Assembly (NCBI RefSeq): GCF_021028975.2
Contig: NC_059435.1
Span: 13,888,001 to 13,952,000, forward strand
Origin: Sphaerodactylus townsendi
Taxonomy: Eukaryota
DNA length: 64,000 nt
Reading direction: 5' to 3'
Shown here: positions 1-10,829 of the stretch, in pieces
How the letters are laid out: every line of letters begins with the position of its first letter
Numbering within the stretch: the first letter of the stretch is position 1
Translations under genes and position numbers: made by a program
Notes under the pieces: generated by a model
Seen by the model: only the letters and a program-made list of their open reading frames with translations
Databases searched by the model: none
What the model was told of the DNA's origin: nothing

Positions 1-480
1 GGGTCTGTGGCAATTCCCCAGGGGGGAAGTCTTTGGGGTCCAAAAGGAACCCCATCGTTAATGGTTGGGAATGGTTGGGCTTCAAATTATTCACAGGCAG
101 GGGCTTCGCCTGGCGGCCAGTGGGCCCACACTTTACTTCATATGTGAGGGCCCCAGGACTCTGTGTGATGGAGTGTGGGCCCCGCCAGGTGTCGTTCTCT
201 CTCTTGTCTACCAAGTGGCACGGAATGAACACCTGGTCCCCTACTGAGACTGTTTGTTCTTTGCAGCGGTGGCCATACTGCTCCTTTTGCTTAGCCTGGG
301 CCTTCTCAAGATTCTGCAGGCCCCCCTCTTTCTACTGCCTCTCCTTTCTAAAAATGCCTCTGGAATCTCCGGCCACCAGAACCCACACAACTTCCAATGA
401 ATGTTGCCAGTCAGGTTTGGATCTTGCTCTGAAGCAGAGGCAGGGGGTGACTAAGAAGTGCTTCCTGGCGCAGAAGGAGC
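1..480 (-). mobile_element. Degraded Gypsy/Ty3 LTR-retrotransposon pol fragment (integrase C-terminal region)
   Basis: Minus-strand translation NLEKAQAKQKEQYGHRCKEQTVSVGDQVFIP...TWRGPHSITQSPGALTYEV...PVNNLKP fits the Gypsy integrase C-terminal pattern (Q.KQK..YD...F.VGD.V...W.GPY.I....VTY.V...HVN.LKP). Confidence 0.7.
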
Positions 481-559
481 AAGGCGGGGGCAGGGTTTCT
501 TCCTAGGTTTTTTCCTATTGCACAAAAAGGCACCAAGTCCACAATCCCTGTTCTAAATG

Positions 560-1005
560 AAAAAAAGAATCATGCGAATGCGGGAAGGGGAAGTGAGAAT
601 GCTCAGAAAAACTAAGACATGGAGACTGACGGGAAGAAGAGGATAGGAAAATAAGAGGAGAAATAGGAAGATTATCTTTATTACATCAATGATTGTTGAG
701 GACAGAGACTTCTGTAAAACTGTTAACGCACTCCCCTGATTATTATTGTGAGCTCTCGATTATAGGCTGGGGTTAGATAGTTCCAAAGCTATTACGACCG
801 ATAGCGTCTTCACAAAATGGCTTCTCAGAGCTGTGCTTGTCCACTTTATCGGCATATCTGCCGTGAGTGCTTGGGAGGAATACGTTTCAGCAGACTTATC
901 GACAGTTTATATATAGCAGCTGGAAACCCAAGAAAACTGGCAGCAAAGAAAAGGTTAAATGTGGACAAATTATACAATCTATTTTAGGTGATTCCCCTTC
1001 CCCAA
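560..1005. repeat. Segmental duplication, copy 1 (copy 2 at ~63049-63490); carries a minus-strand AATAAA (677-682) followed by a pyrimidine-rich tract
   Basis: Near-identical sequence AAAAAAGAATCATGCGAATG...GGTGATTCCCCTTCCCCA at both loci; ORFs 867..1118 and 63353..63664 share SWxPKKTGSKEKxKCGQIIQSILGDSPSP. Confidence 0.9.
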
Positions 1006-1268
1006 TCCTCTGGGGAATCCTCCTCCCCTTCTCCAACCAGCCTTTCTGGGGGAAACTGGGGGAAACTTTCTGGGGGAAATTGGTCTTTCTGGCTATGGCT
1101 GCTCAAGCTTTTTCATGACATTCTTCCTGGGTGTGACTGAATCTCTTCCTCCGATGCTCTTCCCCCAATTCCTTGGAGGCTTTCTGGGGGGAACCAGCCT
1201 TTCTGGCCATGGCTGCCTTTTCATCCATGGATCTCTGGTCTTTCTGGATAGTTCGGGAGATCTCTTTA

Positions 1269-1704
1269 TTACAAGCTTTCGTCTTTTCTTTTGGTGGAAT
1301 GCTCTACCTCCAGCTGTCCGGGCCTTGCGGGACCTTGGTGAATTCCGCAGGGCCTGTAAGACTGAGCTATTCCACCGGGCCTTGGGTGGGGGGGAGGTGG
1401 CCGCGGTTTTATCACCCCCCCACTGAAGTTGCTGCTTTTCATCTGGCCGGACCCTGGTGTCCATCTTGGGTCCTACCTATCCCCTCCCTCCGCTGGCCTT
1501 TAGATCAGGCGCTTTGTTGTTTTAACTGGTATGTAACTGTAATTGTTATTTAAGTTTGTAAAGTTTTAAGTTTTTAATGAATTAAGCTGCATTCTTGTAT
1601 TTGAAATGTTTTGCTGATTGTTGTTTAAAGTGCAGCCGTTTTGTGGGCAGCTTCTCGAGCCCTTACGCCGAGAGTGGTAAACGGCTTATAAATCTCATAA
1701 TTAA

Positions 1705-1767
<63 letters not shown>

Positions 1768-2147
1768 ATGAATGGAGGCATTAAGCCATTCTTGCACACT
1801 TAACTTCCAGATTGTAGAATCTCCGCTTTCTAGATACGATTTTGATATTTTGATCCAATCTCTTATGTTTTTTCTGGAAGATGCAGAATACGCATCGGGG
1901 TTGTACACCTTGCCTGATTCAAGCCACCTGTCCAATTTTCGTGGGATGTTTTCTGGATAATTGTATTCTATCGCCATACATTCCTCAAGCCATCTCTTCA
2001 GATTCTCGTTCGCTGTTTCAGACTTTTTGCTTTTTAATTTTGTAATCGATGCTTCAAGCCATTTGTCATTTAGATGTAATTCAGTCAATTCCTTATTTGG
2101 CGGCATTGTAGGCCGCCTGAATTGTCTATAACCTTCTTCTTTGGGGG
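1269..2147 (-). pseudogene. 3' part of an unknown minus-strand ORF (PKEEGYRQFRRPTMPPNKE...EWLNAS/TKRKDESL*), interrupted by L2 and cut off by a hAT insertion
   Basis: Open frame 2147-1773 with globular-protein composition; removing the L2 at TGGA continues in frame to TAA at 1269-1271, which overlaps an AATAAA. Confidence 0.55.
1295..1772 (+). mobile_element. 5'-truncated L2-type LINE 3' end with (TAAA)n tail
   Basis: WNALPPAVRALRDLGEFRRACKTELFHRAL is the typical L2/CR1-group ORF2 C-terminus; 3' UTR and (TAAA)n at ~1702-1768; TGGA at both junctions (1295-1298, 1773-1776). Confidence 0.85.
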
Positions 2148-3379
2148 CAGTGACGTAGGTATAGATTTTTATGGGGGGGGTTCGGGGGAGAGGCCACGCC
2201 CCCACCTGCCTCTGGGGAGGCGTGTACGCCTCCCAAGCCCACCCAGTCTACAGAAGTGCTTATAAAACTGGCTCTCGAGGACAGGGATGGCAGACTCCCG
2301 TGACCCTTCCCGCCCGCCCCCACCAGCTGGGCTCCCAGCTGTACCCATTTAATCCCTTCTCTCTCTCCCCTCCAGGCAGAGGGGTGGCTTCAAGGGGAAA
2401 AAGCGTGAGCTCAGTTGCAAAGCGTGAGGCTTGCGCACACACCCCTTACATGGAAGTGACTGCTGTGATGCTGGAATCCACCCCCAAAGCAGCATCACTT
2501 TCAGTGAGGTGTTTAAATTAGGAGCCCAGATTCTCCTTTTAAATCCACCTTAAAGGGGGGGAGAATCTACAGAGGTCCCCAGATAAAACAATTATTAGAA
2601 AGTGATGCTGTTTTGGGGTGGATCACTTTCAATGTTTAAACATCACTTTCATGTTTAAACTGGGGACCTCAGATTCTCCCTTTAATTCCATGCCAAAGGG
2701 GGTGGATTTAAAAAGAGAATCTGGAAAAATTTGGGGGGTGCCTGCTGTCAGGGGTACAATTGTTAAGCTAGCAGCACCAAACTTTCAGGGTATGTTTAGG
2801 AGACTCTCCTGATGATACCACCCAGGTTTGGTGGAGTTTGGTTCAGGGGTCCAAAATTATGGACTCTCAAAAGTGCAGCCCCCATCTCCTATTAGCTTCC
2901 ATTGGAAACAATGGAGGATGGAGAGCACCTGCTTTGGGAGTCCATGCAACTTTGCAATACCCCTGGACCAATCTTCATGGAAACCAGGGTGTATCAGCAA
3001 CTGAACTATCCCTGATGATACCACCTAGGTTTAGTGAATTTTGATTCAGGGGGTCAAAAGATATGGACCCTCAAATGGGTAGCCCCATCTACTATTAGCT
3101 CCCATTGGAAACAATGGGGGATGGGGCACCACTTTTGGGGGTCCATAACTTTGGACCCCCTGAACCAAACTTCACCAAATTTGGCTGGTTCAATCAGGAG
3201 TGTTGCCTGATGATAGCTTGAAAATTTGGTGTTGCTAGCCCTAAAACTGCGCCCTCTGCAGGCCAAAACCAAAAAAACACTTAAAAATACAAAAGCCCAC
3301 AAATGGGGGGGGGGGCGTGCAGCTTCAGACATGCAATGGGGGGTCTGAACCCGAGAACCCCCCCTTACCTACGTCCTTG
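2148..3379. mobile_element. Non-autonomous hAT DNA transposon
   Basis: Imperfect TIRs CAGTGACGTAGGTA (2148) / TACCTACGTCCTTG (3366-3379); perfect 8-bp TSD TTTGGGGG (2140-2147, 3380-3387); internal reiterated GGGGTCCAAAGTTATGGACCC-type motifs. Confidence 0.9.
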
Positions 3380-6300
3380 TTTGGGGGGCTTTCTGAAATA
3401 TTTTTCCAGCTGAGCATGTCCCTGTTGGTTCTTGCAGATTCTGGCGTAGATCTCCATATTTTCCTTGCGCTTACTGAAATACGTTAATTTTGTGTAGTCC
3501 AGTTTCCTATGAAAAGCAAATGATTTAGAAGTAGTACATCTGAAGCAAATAATCTCACAAGCTTTTAAAAAATCTGTTTAAATATGCTCTTCCAAGCCCT
3601 CCCTCTCTTGGGCATTCTTTGGACCCAAGCCCTGGGCACCACCGCATGACCACTGGCCATGGCTGAGCACCACCACAAACCCCCCCTTACCTACGTCCTT
3701 GTTTGGGGGGCTTTCTGACTGGTTTGTCTGGTTTGTTGAGAATTCTCAGTTTCTGGATTGTTTCCTCATGAATACGGTATCTTTGACGCTCTGTCTTGAT
3801 TTGAGGCAGTTTCGTTGTTTGTTTGGGATCACACAGATATTTTTTCCCACATAATATTTTTTATTAATTTCCTTCTTTAAAAAAACATTGAACATAAAAC
3901 ATACATGAAACCATTGAAACGCATAAGACACCAACAAATATTAACATGTAACAAATGACCCACATTTACAGTTACCCAAACATAATCTATCCTACCCCTA
4001 CTACCCATAACAATAACACATAATTCAATAAATCTAAATCATATCAGTTACTTCACTATTCTTTGGTAATTTATTCTTTAGCTTTAATAAACTTAAATAT
4101 CTATACTATACTACCTTATTTTTTCATTCCATATTTTTAATATGTTTAACCTACAAATATACCTTGTATTTCCTTAATGCTATCGTCCTTCATATTTTAA
4201 TTTAAATAAATTTCTTTTCTTATCTAGGCCCTTTCAATATCCATAATCATTGATTTTTTATCCTTTTATTGTGATGTAACTACTTAATGCTTATTGCTTT
4301 TGGACTTCCCCTGTTAAGTAACTGAATCCATGTTTATTTTTCCCTTAATAAAGGTATACAATTTATTTTGTAATACAACTTTTTTGCAGATTAACTTATT
4401 TATTTATTTTATTTATTTATTTATTCGTTCCACTTTTATACCGCCCTCCCCCTAGGGGCTTATTGCAATATAGTTTTGTAAACCATTTCATATTATATAT
4501 TCTTCAATCATTTTATCCTTTGAACTCTTTTCTAGATATATAATTAGCTTCCCCCAGAGTTTTTCAAAACTTTTCTTGTGGGGAGTTCTTTCAATCTAGA
4601 TAGATAATCTGTCCATATTTAGGTATTCTATAACTTGGGTCATCCATTCTTCTTTTGTTGAATTTGAAGCTTCATTCTTCCATATACTTTGGCTATCCTC
4701 ATCCTTGCAGCTGTAGATATATATAAAAATAAGTCAATATTAAGATCCGGAACTTTCTTTATTCCTAATCCTAAAAGATATATTTCTGGAGTTAGTTCAA
4801 ATGATACCTTTGTTATCTTTTTCATTGTTGTGTGTATTTCTTTCCAGAATTTTTTGATTTCAGGGACAAGTCCACCACATGTGTAATAATGTTCCAGTCT
4901 CTTTCTTGCATTTCCAACATAGTGATGAGTGGTCTGGATATATTTTTGCTAACTTATAGGGTGTTAAATACTATCTGTGTAAGAGTTTCAGGAAATTTTC
5001 CCTTAGTTCTAAACTGGCAGAGAATTTACTGTGTATTTTAAAAGAAAGATTCCTCCCAGTCTTCATACTGTATATCATGTTTGAAATCTTTTGCCCAACT
5101 AATCATAACTTCCTTCACATTTTCTTTCTCTGTTTGTAGTAATATAAGGAGTTTATATAGTCTGGTTATTTTTTTATTTTTATCATCCATCAGTATTGTG
5201 TCTAGCTCAGTATTTTGCTTATTTATTTCCATGTATTTTTTGTCTATTATCAGCTGTTGTCTTATTTGGTCATATGTAAACCAATGGCATTCTGCTTCTC
5301 CTATCTTAATATTTTCTCTAATTTTAAATTGTGTTTCTTGATTATTCCATAGTAATATTTCTTTGTAGGTTAGCCATGGTTTATTATGTGCATTTTGAAC
5401 ACTTTGACAACTCTGTGTCCTTGATACCCAGTATGGAATTTTGCTGTAAAAGTTGTATTTATATCTTTCCCAGATTGTTATTAAAGCTCTCCTTATTATA
5501 TGGTCTTTAAATTGTGTTGGTTCTTGCAGATTCTGGCGTAGATCTCCATATTTTCCTTGCGCTTACTGAAATACGTTAATTTTGTGTAGTCCAGTTTCCT
5601 ATGAAAAGCAAATGATTTAGAAGTAGTACATCTGAAGCAAATAATCTCACAAGCTTTTAAAAAATCTGTTTAAATATGCTCTTCCAAGCCCTCCCTCTCT
5701 TGGGCATTCTTTGGACCCAAGCCCTGGGCATCCTGCATGACCACTGGCCATGGCTGAGCACCACCACAAACCCCCCCCCCCTTACCTACGTCCTTGTTTG
5801 GGGGGGGCTTTCTGACTGGTTTGTCTGGTTTGTTGAGAATTCTCAGTTTCTGGATTGTTTCCTCATGAATACGGTATCTTTGATGCTCTGTCTTGATTTG
5901 AGGCAGTTTCGTTGTTTGTTTGGGATCACACAGATATTTTTTTCAAGTTCATGTATTTAGATTTGCTTTGCATCTTTTTAGACCTGAATGGTCTATTAGC
6001 TTCTTCTTTGTTGGGCTTTCTGGCCGGGTTTCTCGGTTTGTTGAGAATTCCCTTGTTTTGCGTGACATTTGTTTGTTTCCCTCCACGAAGACTGTATGTT
6101 TGATTCTTTGTCTTAATTTGAGGCAGTTTAGTTTTGTTAGGAATCAGATCGAGATTTTTCCAGGTCATGTATCTCATGCTGTGCATCTTTCAGTTGCCCT
6201 TATAAAATATTTTCAGGCTGAGGCTGTCCCTGTTGGTTTTGGCAGATTCTGGCGTGAATCTCCATATTTTCCCTTCTTGGCGTGTTGAAATATGCAAATT

Positions 6301-9300
6301 TTGTAGTCAGTTTCCTATGAAAAGCAAATGATTTAGAAGCAGTAAATCTTAAGCAAATAATCTCACAAGCTTTTAAAAAATCTGTTTCAATATGCTCTTC
6401 CAAGCCCCTCCCCTCTCTTGGGCATTCTTTGGACCCCAGCCCTGGGCATCCCTGCATGACCACTGGCCATGGCTGAGCAGAGCGGAGCAGCTGCCAGAAG
6501 CTTTGCCTTGCCATTTTTTCCTCTCCCAAGCCACACCTGGCCACTCCATTACCAAAATACCACACCTTCCAACCCTCACCCACCACAAGCCTTACCTTCC
6601 AGCCTGCCCCAACCCTCCTACTCACCTACCGACTCTTAAGCGACACCTTCCAGCCCCTCCCACCACCCCAAGCCACTCCGTTCCATCACTCCCACCCACC
6701 CACACACCTTCCTTTCTTCCTCCTGTTTTCACAGCAGATCCACCATTTCCACATGGTGTGTGGATGACCTACCATGTAAAATTCAATGTGTAATGGATTA
6801 TATTACACTTGGGACTTTATGCCAGCCCCTCCCTCCTGCCAAAATCAAAAGAAAATCATACCTTTTGGATTGAGAGTTATTTTAGGTATCTCGGTCTGTC
6901 TGGACTGTCTGTTCCTTAAGATCAGTGTTTCTACGCTTCCCCTTGTGTTTTACTAGGGTTGGTAAATGGGGGGGAAAAAATTAAGCCCCAGTTCGGATTG
7001 GGTCCTGGATTCGGGTGTATGGGCTCCGGATCCCCCAGTTCCAAGCCTGCCAGGTTTCAGGATTTACCCGAATTACAGGGTGACATCGAGATTCTTGGAT
7101 GCGTTTTATTTTGTGCTGTTTTTTTCAAGTTTTGGCATGCAGGGGCGCATTTTTAAAGGTATAGGCATGAAAATTTCAGGAGTATTATCTTCTGAATACT
7201 GTCCTGGTGATTTCCTCGAAGGTTGGTGCAGTTTTAGATTCTGAGGGGTCCAAGTTATGGACCCCAAACTGGATTACCTCTATCCCCATTGTTTCCAATG
7301 GGGCTAATCGAAAGGCAGACTTTATTTTGAGGGGTCCATAACCTGGGCCCCTGGACCAAACTTCACCAAACTTTGGCAATATCCTTGAAATCCTGGGGTG
7401 TTGTCTGATGATAACCTGAAAATTTGGTGTTGCTAGCCCTAAAACTACACCCTCTGCAGGCCAAAACCAAAACACTTTAAAATACAAAAGCCCACAAGCG
7501 AGGCGCTGAACTTCGGACATGCAATGGGGGGTCTGAACCCGAGAAACCCCCCCTTACGTCCGCTTGTTTGGGGGCTTTCTGGCGGAATTTCTCGGTTTTG
7601 TTGAGAATTCTTTGTTTTGCATTGTTTCCTCCACGAAGACTGTATGTTTGATTCTTTGTCTTAATTTGAGGCAGTTTAGTTTGTTGGAATCAGATCGAGA
7701 TTTTTTCCAGTTCATGTATTTCATGCTGTGCATCTTTCAGTTGCCCTTTAAAATATTTTACTTTTTCAGGCTGAGGCTGTCCCTGTTGGTTTTGGCAGAT
7801 TCTGGCATAGATCTCCCATATTTTCCTTCCTTGGCGTGTTGAAATATAGAATTTTGTAGTCCAGTTTCCTATAAGAGAAAGCAAATGATTTAGAAGCAGT
7901 AAATCTTAAGCAAATAATCTCACAAGCTTTTAAAATCTGTTTAAATATGCTCTTCCAAGCCCTCCCTCTCTTGGGCATTCTTTGGACCCCAGCCCTGGGC
8001 ATCCTGCTTGACCACTGGCCGTGGCTGAGCAGCCTTGGAGCAGCTGCAAAGCTTTGCCTTGCCATTTTTCCTCTCTGGCCACACCTGGCCACTCTCCCCA
8101 CCCAAATACCCACCTTCCAACCCTCCCACCATCACAAGCCTTACCTTCCAGCCTGCCCCAGCCCTCCTATTCCCTTGCTGACTCTTGAGCGACACCTTCC
8201 AACCCTCCCACCACCCCAACCCACACCTTCCTTTCTTCCTCCTGTTTTTCACATCAGCAGATCCACCATTTCCACATGGATTGTGGATGACCTACATGTA
8301 AAAAATTCAATGTATGGATTATATATCACACTTGGAGTCTTTTGCCCAGCCCCACTCCCTCCTGCCAAAATCAAAAGGAAAATCATACCTTCTTTTGAAT
8401 TGAGAGTTATTTTTAAGAGTATCTCAGTCTGTCTGGACTGTTTTGGCCTGCAGAGGGCGCAGTTTTAAAGGCTAGCAACACCAAATTTTCAGGCTATCAT
8501 CAGGCGACCTCCTGAACGTTATGCCCAAGCCATATTTGGTGAAGTTTGGTTCAGGGGTCCAAAGTTATGGACCCCCAAAGGGATCACCCTATCCCCATTG
8601 TTGTTTCCAAAGGGAGCTAATCCCGAAATGAGGCCAGGGGCTATCTTTGAGGGTCCATAACCTGGGCCCCCTGGACCAAACTTCACCAAACTTGGCAGCA
8701 TAATCCAGGGTATCGTCTGGTATCCTGAAAGAGGCGGGTGTTGCCCCAGCCCTAAAACTGCCGCCCTCTACGGGCCAAAAGAAACTCAAAAACACTTTAA
8801 AAATACAAAAGCCACAAGCGAGTAGGGGGAGAGCTTGATTTGTGCAATGGGGGGGTCTGAACCCGAAGCCCCTTACCTACGTCCCTGTTTGGGGGCTTTC
8901 TGGCCAGTTCTCTCGGTTTGTTGAGAATTCTTTGTTTTGCATTGTTTCCTCAAAGAAAACTGTATGTTTGATTCTTTGTCTTAATTTGAGGCAGTTTAGT
9001 TTTGGAATCAGATCGATATTTTTTTCCAGGTCATGTATTTCATGCTGTGCCATCTTTCAGTTGCCCTTTAAAATATTTTTTTTTTTTTTTTTTTTTTTCC
9101 AGGCTGAGGGCTGTCCCTGGTTGGTTTGTGGCAGATTCTGGCATAGATCTCCATATTTTTTCCCTTCTAGCGGCGTGTTGAAATATGTAGAATTTTTTGT
9201 GTAATCCAGTTTCCTATGAAAAGCAAATGAATTTAGAAGCAGTAAATCTTAAGCAAATAATCTCACAAGCTTTTAAAAAATCTCTTTAAATATGCTCTTC

Positions 9301-10260
9301 CAAGCCCTCCCTCTCTTGGGCATTCTTTGGACCCAAGCCCTGGGCATCCTGCATGACCACTGGCCATGGCTGAGCCGCGATGGAGCAGCTGCAAAGCTTT
9401 GCCTTGCGCACCATTTTTCCTCTCCCAAGCCACACCTGGCCACTCCTGCCCCACCCAAATGCCCACCTTCCAGCCCTCCCACCACCACAAGCCTTACCTT
9501 CCAACCTGCCCCAGCCCTCCTACTCACCTGCTGACTCTTAGCGACTTACCTTCCAACCCTCCCACCACCCCAAGCTACTCCTCGTTTCCATCCTCGCCCC
9601 AGCCCAACCCACACCTTCCTTTCTTCCTCCTGTTTTTCACATCCAGCAGATCCACCATTTCCACATGGTGTGGATGACACCCTGTGAAATTCAATGTATG
9701 GATTATGGCTGCACTTGGGTCTTTATGCCAGCCCTCCCTCCTGCCAAAATCAAAAGAAAATCATACCTTTTGAATTGAGAGTTATTTTAGGTATCTCGGT
9801 CTGTCTGGACTGTCTGTTGTTCCTTAAGATCAGTGTTCTACTTCCCCTTGTGTTTTACTAGGGTTGGTAAATGGGAAAAATTAAGCCCCAGTTCGGATTC
9901 AGGTCTGGATTGGCAGTTGTATGGAGGGCTCGGATCCCCAGTTCCAAGCCTGCCAGGTCTGGATTCACTGAATTTCTTGGTGACATCCGAGATTCTCGGA
10001 TGCGTTTTATTATTGCTTTTTTTTTTTCACGTTTTGGCATGCAGGGGCGCATCTTTTAAAAGGTATAGGCATGAAAATTTCAGGGTATCTTCTGGATTCA
10101 TTGTCCTGATGATTTCCTCCAAGTTTGGTGCAGTTTGGTACAGGGGTGAGCCCAAAGTTATGGACCCACAAACTGGTTGCTTCTCTATCCCCCATATTTT
10201 CCAATGGGGAGCTAATAGAAGATAGGAGGCTATCTTTGAGGTCCCATCCGCCAACTTGGA
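3380..10260. repeat. Complex tandem amplification (units ~1.3-2 kb: 5515-7560, 7561-8885, 8886-10260; partial unit 3380-3846)
   Basis: Blocks recur in the same order, e.g. ATGCTCTTCCAAGCCCTCC at ~3584, 5676, 6392, 7947, 9292 and AAATCATACCTT at ~6853, 8380, 9758. Confidence 0.9.
3847..5514 (-). mobile_element. 5'-truncated L1-clade LINE (ORF2 3' region and 3' UTR)
   Basis: Minus-strand FKDHIIRRALITIWERYKYNFYSKIPYWVSR...ECHWFTY...KITRLYKLL...WAKD...EDWE is colinear with L1 ORF 43923..44546; T-rich 3' end at ~3850. Confidence 0.85.
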
Positions 10261-10829
10261 GCCCTAGACAAACCGCATCAAACTTAAGGATTGCGCCAGT
10301 CAAGAACAGTGTCTTGAAGGCACCCTGAAGGTTTGGTATGCTCTTGCATTAGTCGTACAAAGGGGTTAATGGTGACTATTAAGGGGACGAGCCCTACTGC
10401 CTTTCCTCCCCTATGGCGGAAGCCGAAGCAAAGGGGAAACTGGGCCCTGGGCCATTAACAGCTTCTTCCACCGCCCTGCCCACACTGGAACACACCCCTC
10501 CATGGCCCAGTCATTGCCTCTGCCAAAGTGGCTCACCCACTTATGGCATCCACACATCCCCGCCCATAATGGATTACTCGCGCACTGCCCTTGGCTCCAT
10601 GTCACCAGCTCCTTCCTCCTCCTCCTGTTCCCAGATAGCCTGCTCAAGCTTCCCAGACACCTGTATCACCAGGCAACAGTTAAACAAAGCCACAGTTGTG
10701 AGGTGGCTGGTAGCTGCACCTGCTCCTCCTAAGGCAGCTGCAGATGAGTGCAATATCTGTAATTATTCAGAAGGAAGGGTGAGCCACTGTGGAGGAAGTA
10801 ACAACCACGATTCCTACTATTTGGTTTGA

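Noticed and set aside
1663-2205. The listed 180-aa ORF taken as a complete gene
   Set aside because: Its N-terminus lies in the hAT end and its (FIYL)n C-terminus is the antisense L2 tail; only 2147-1773 is meaningful.
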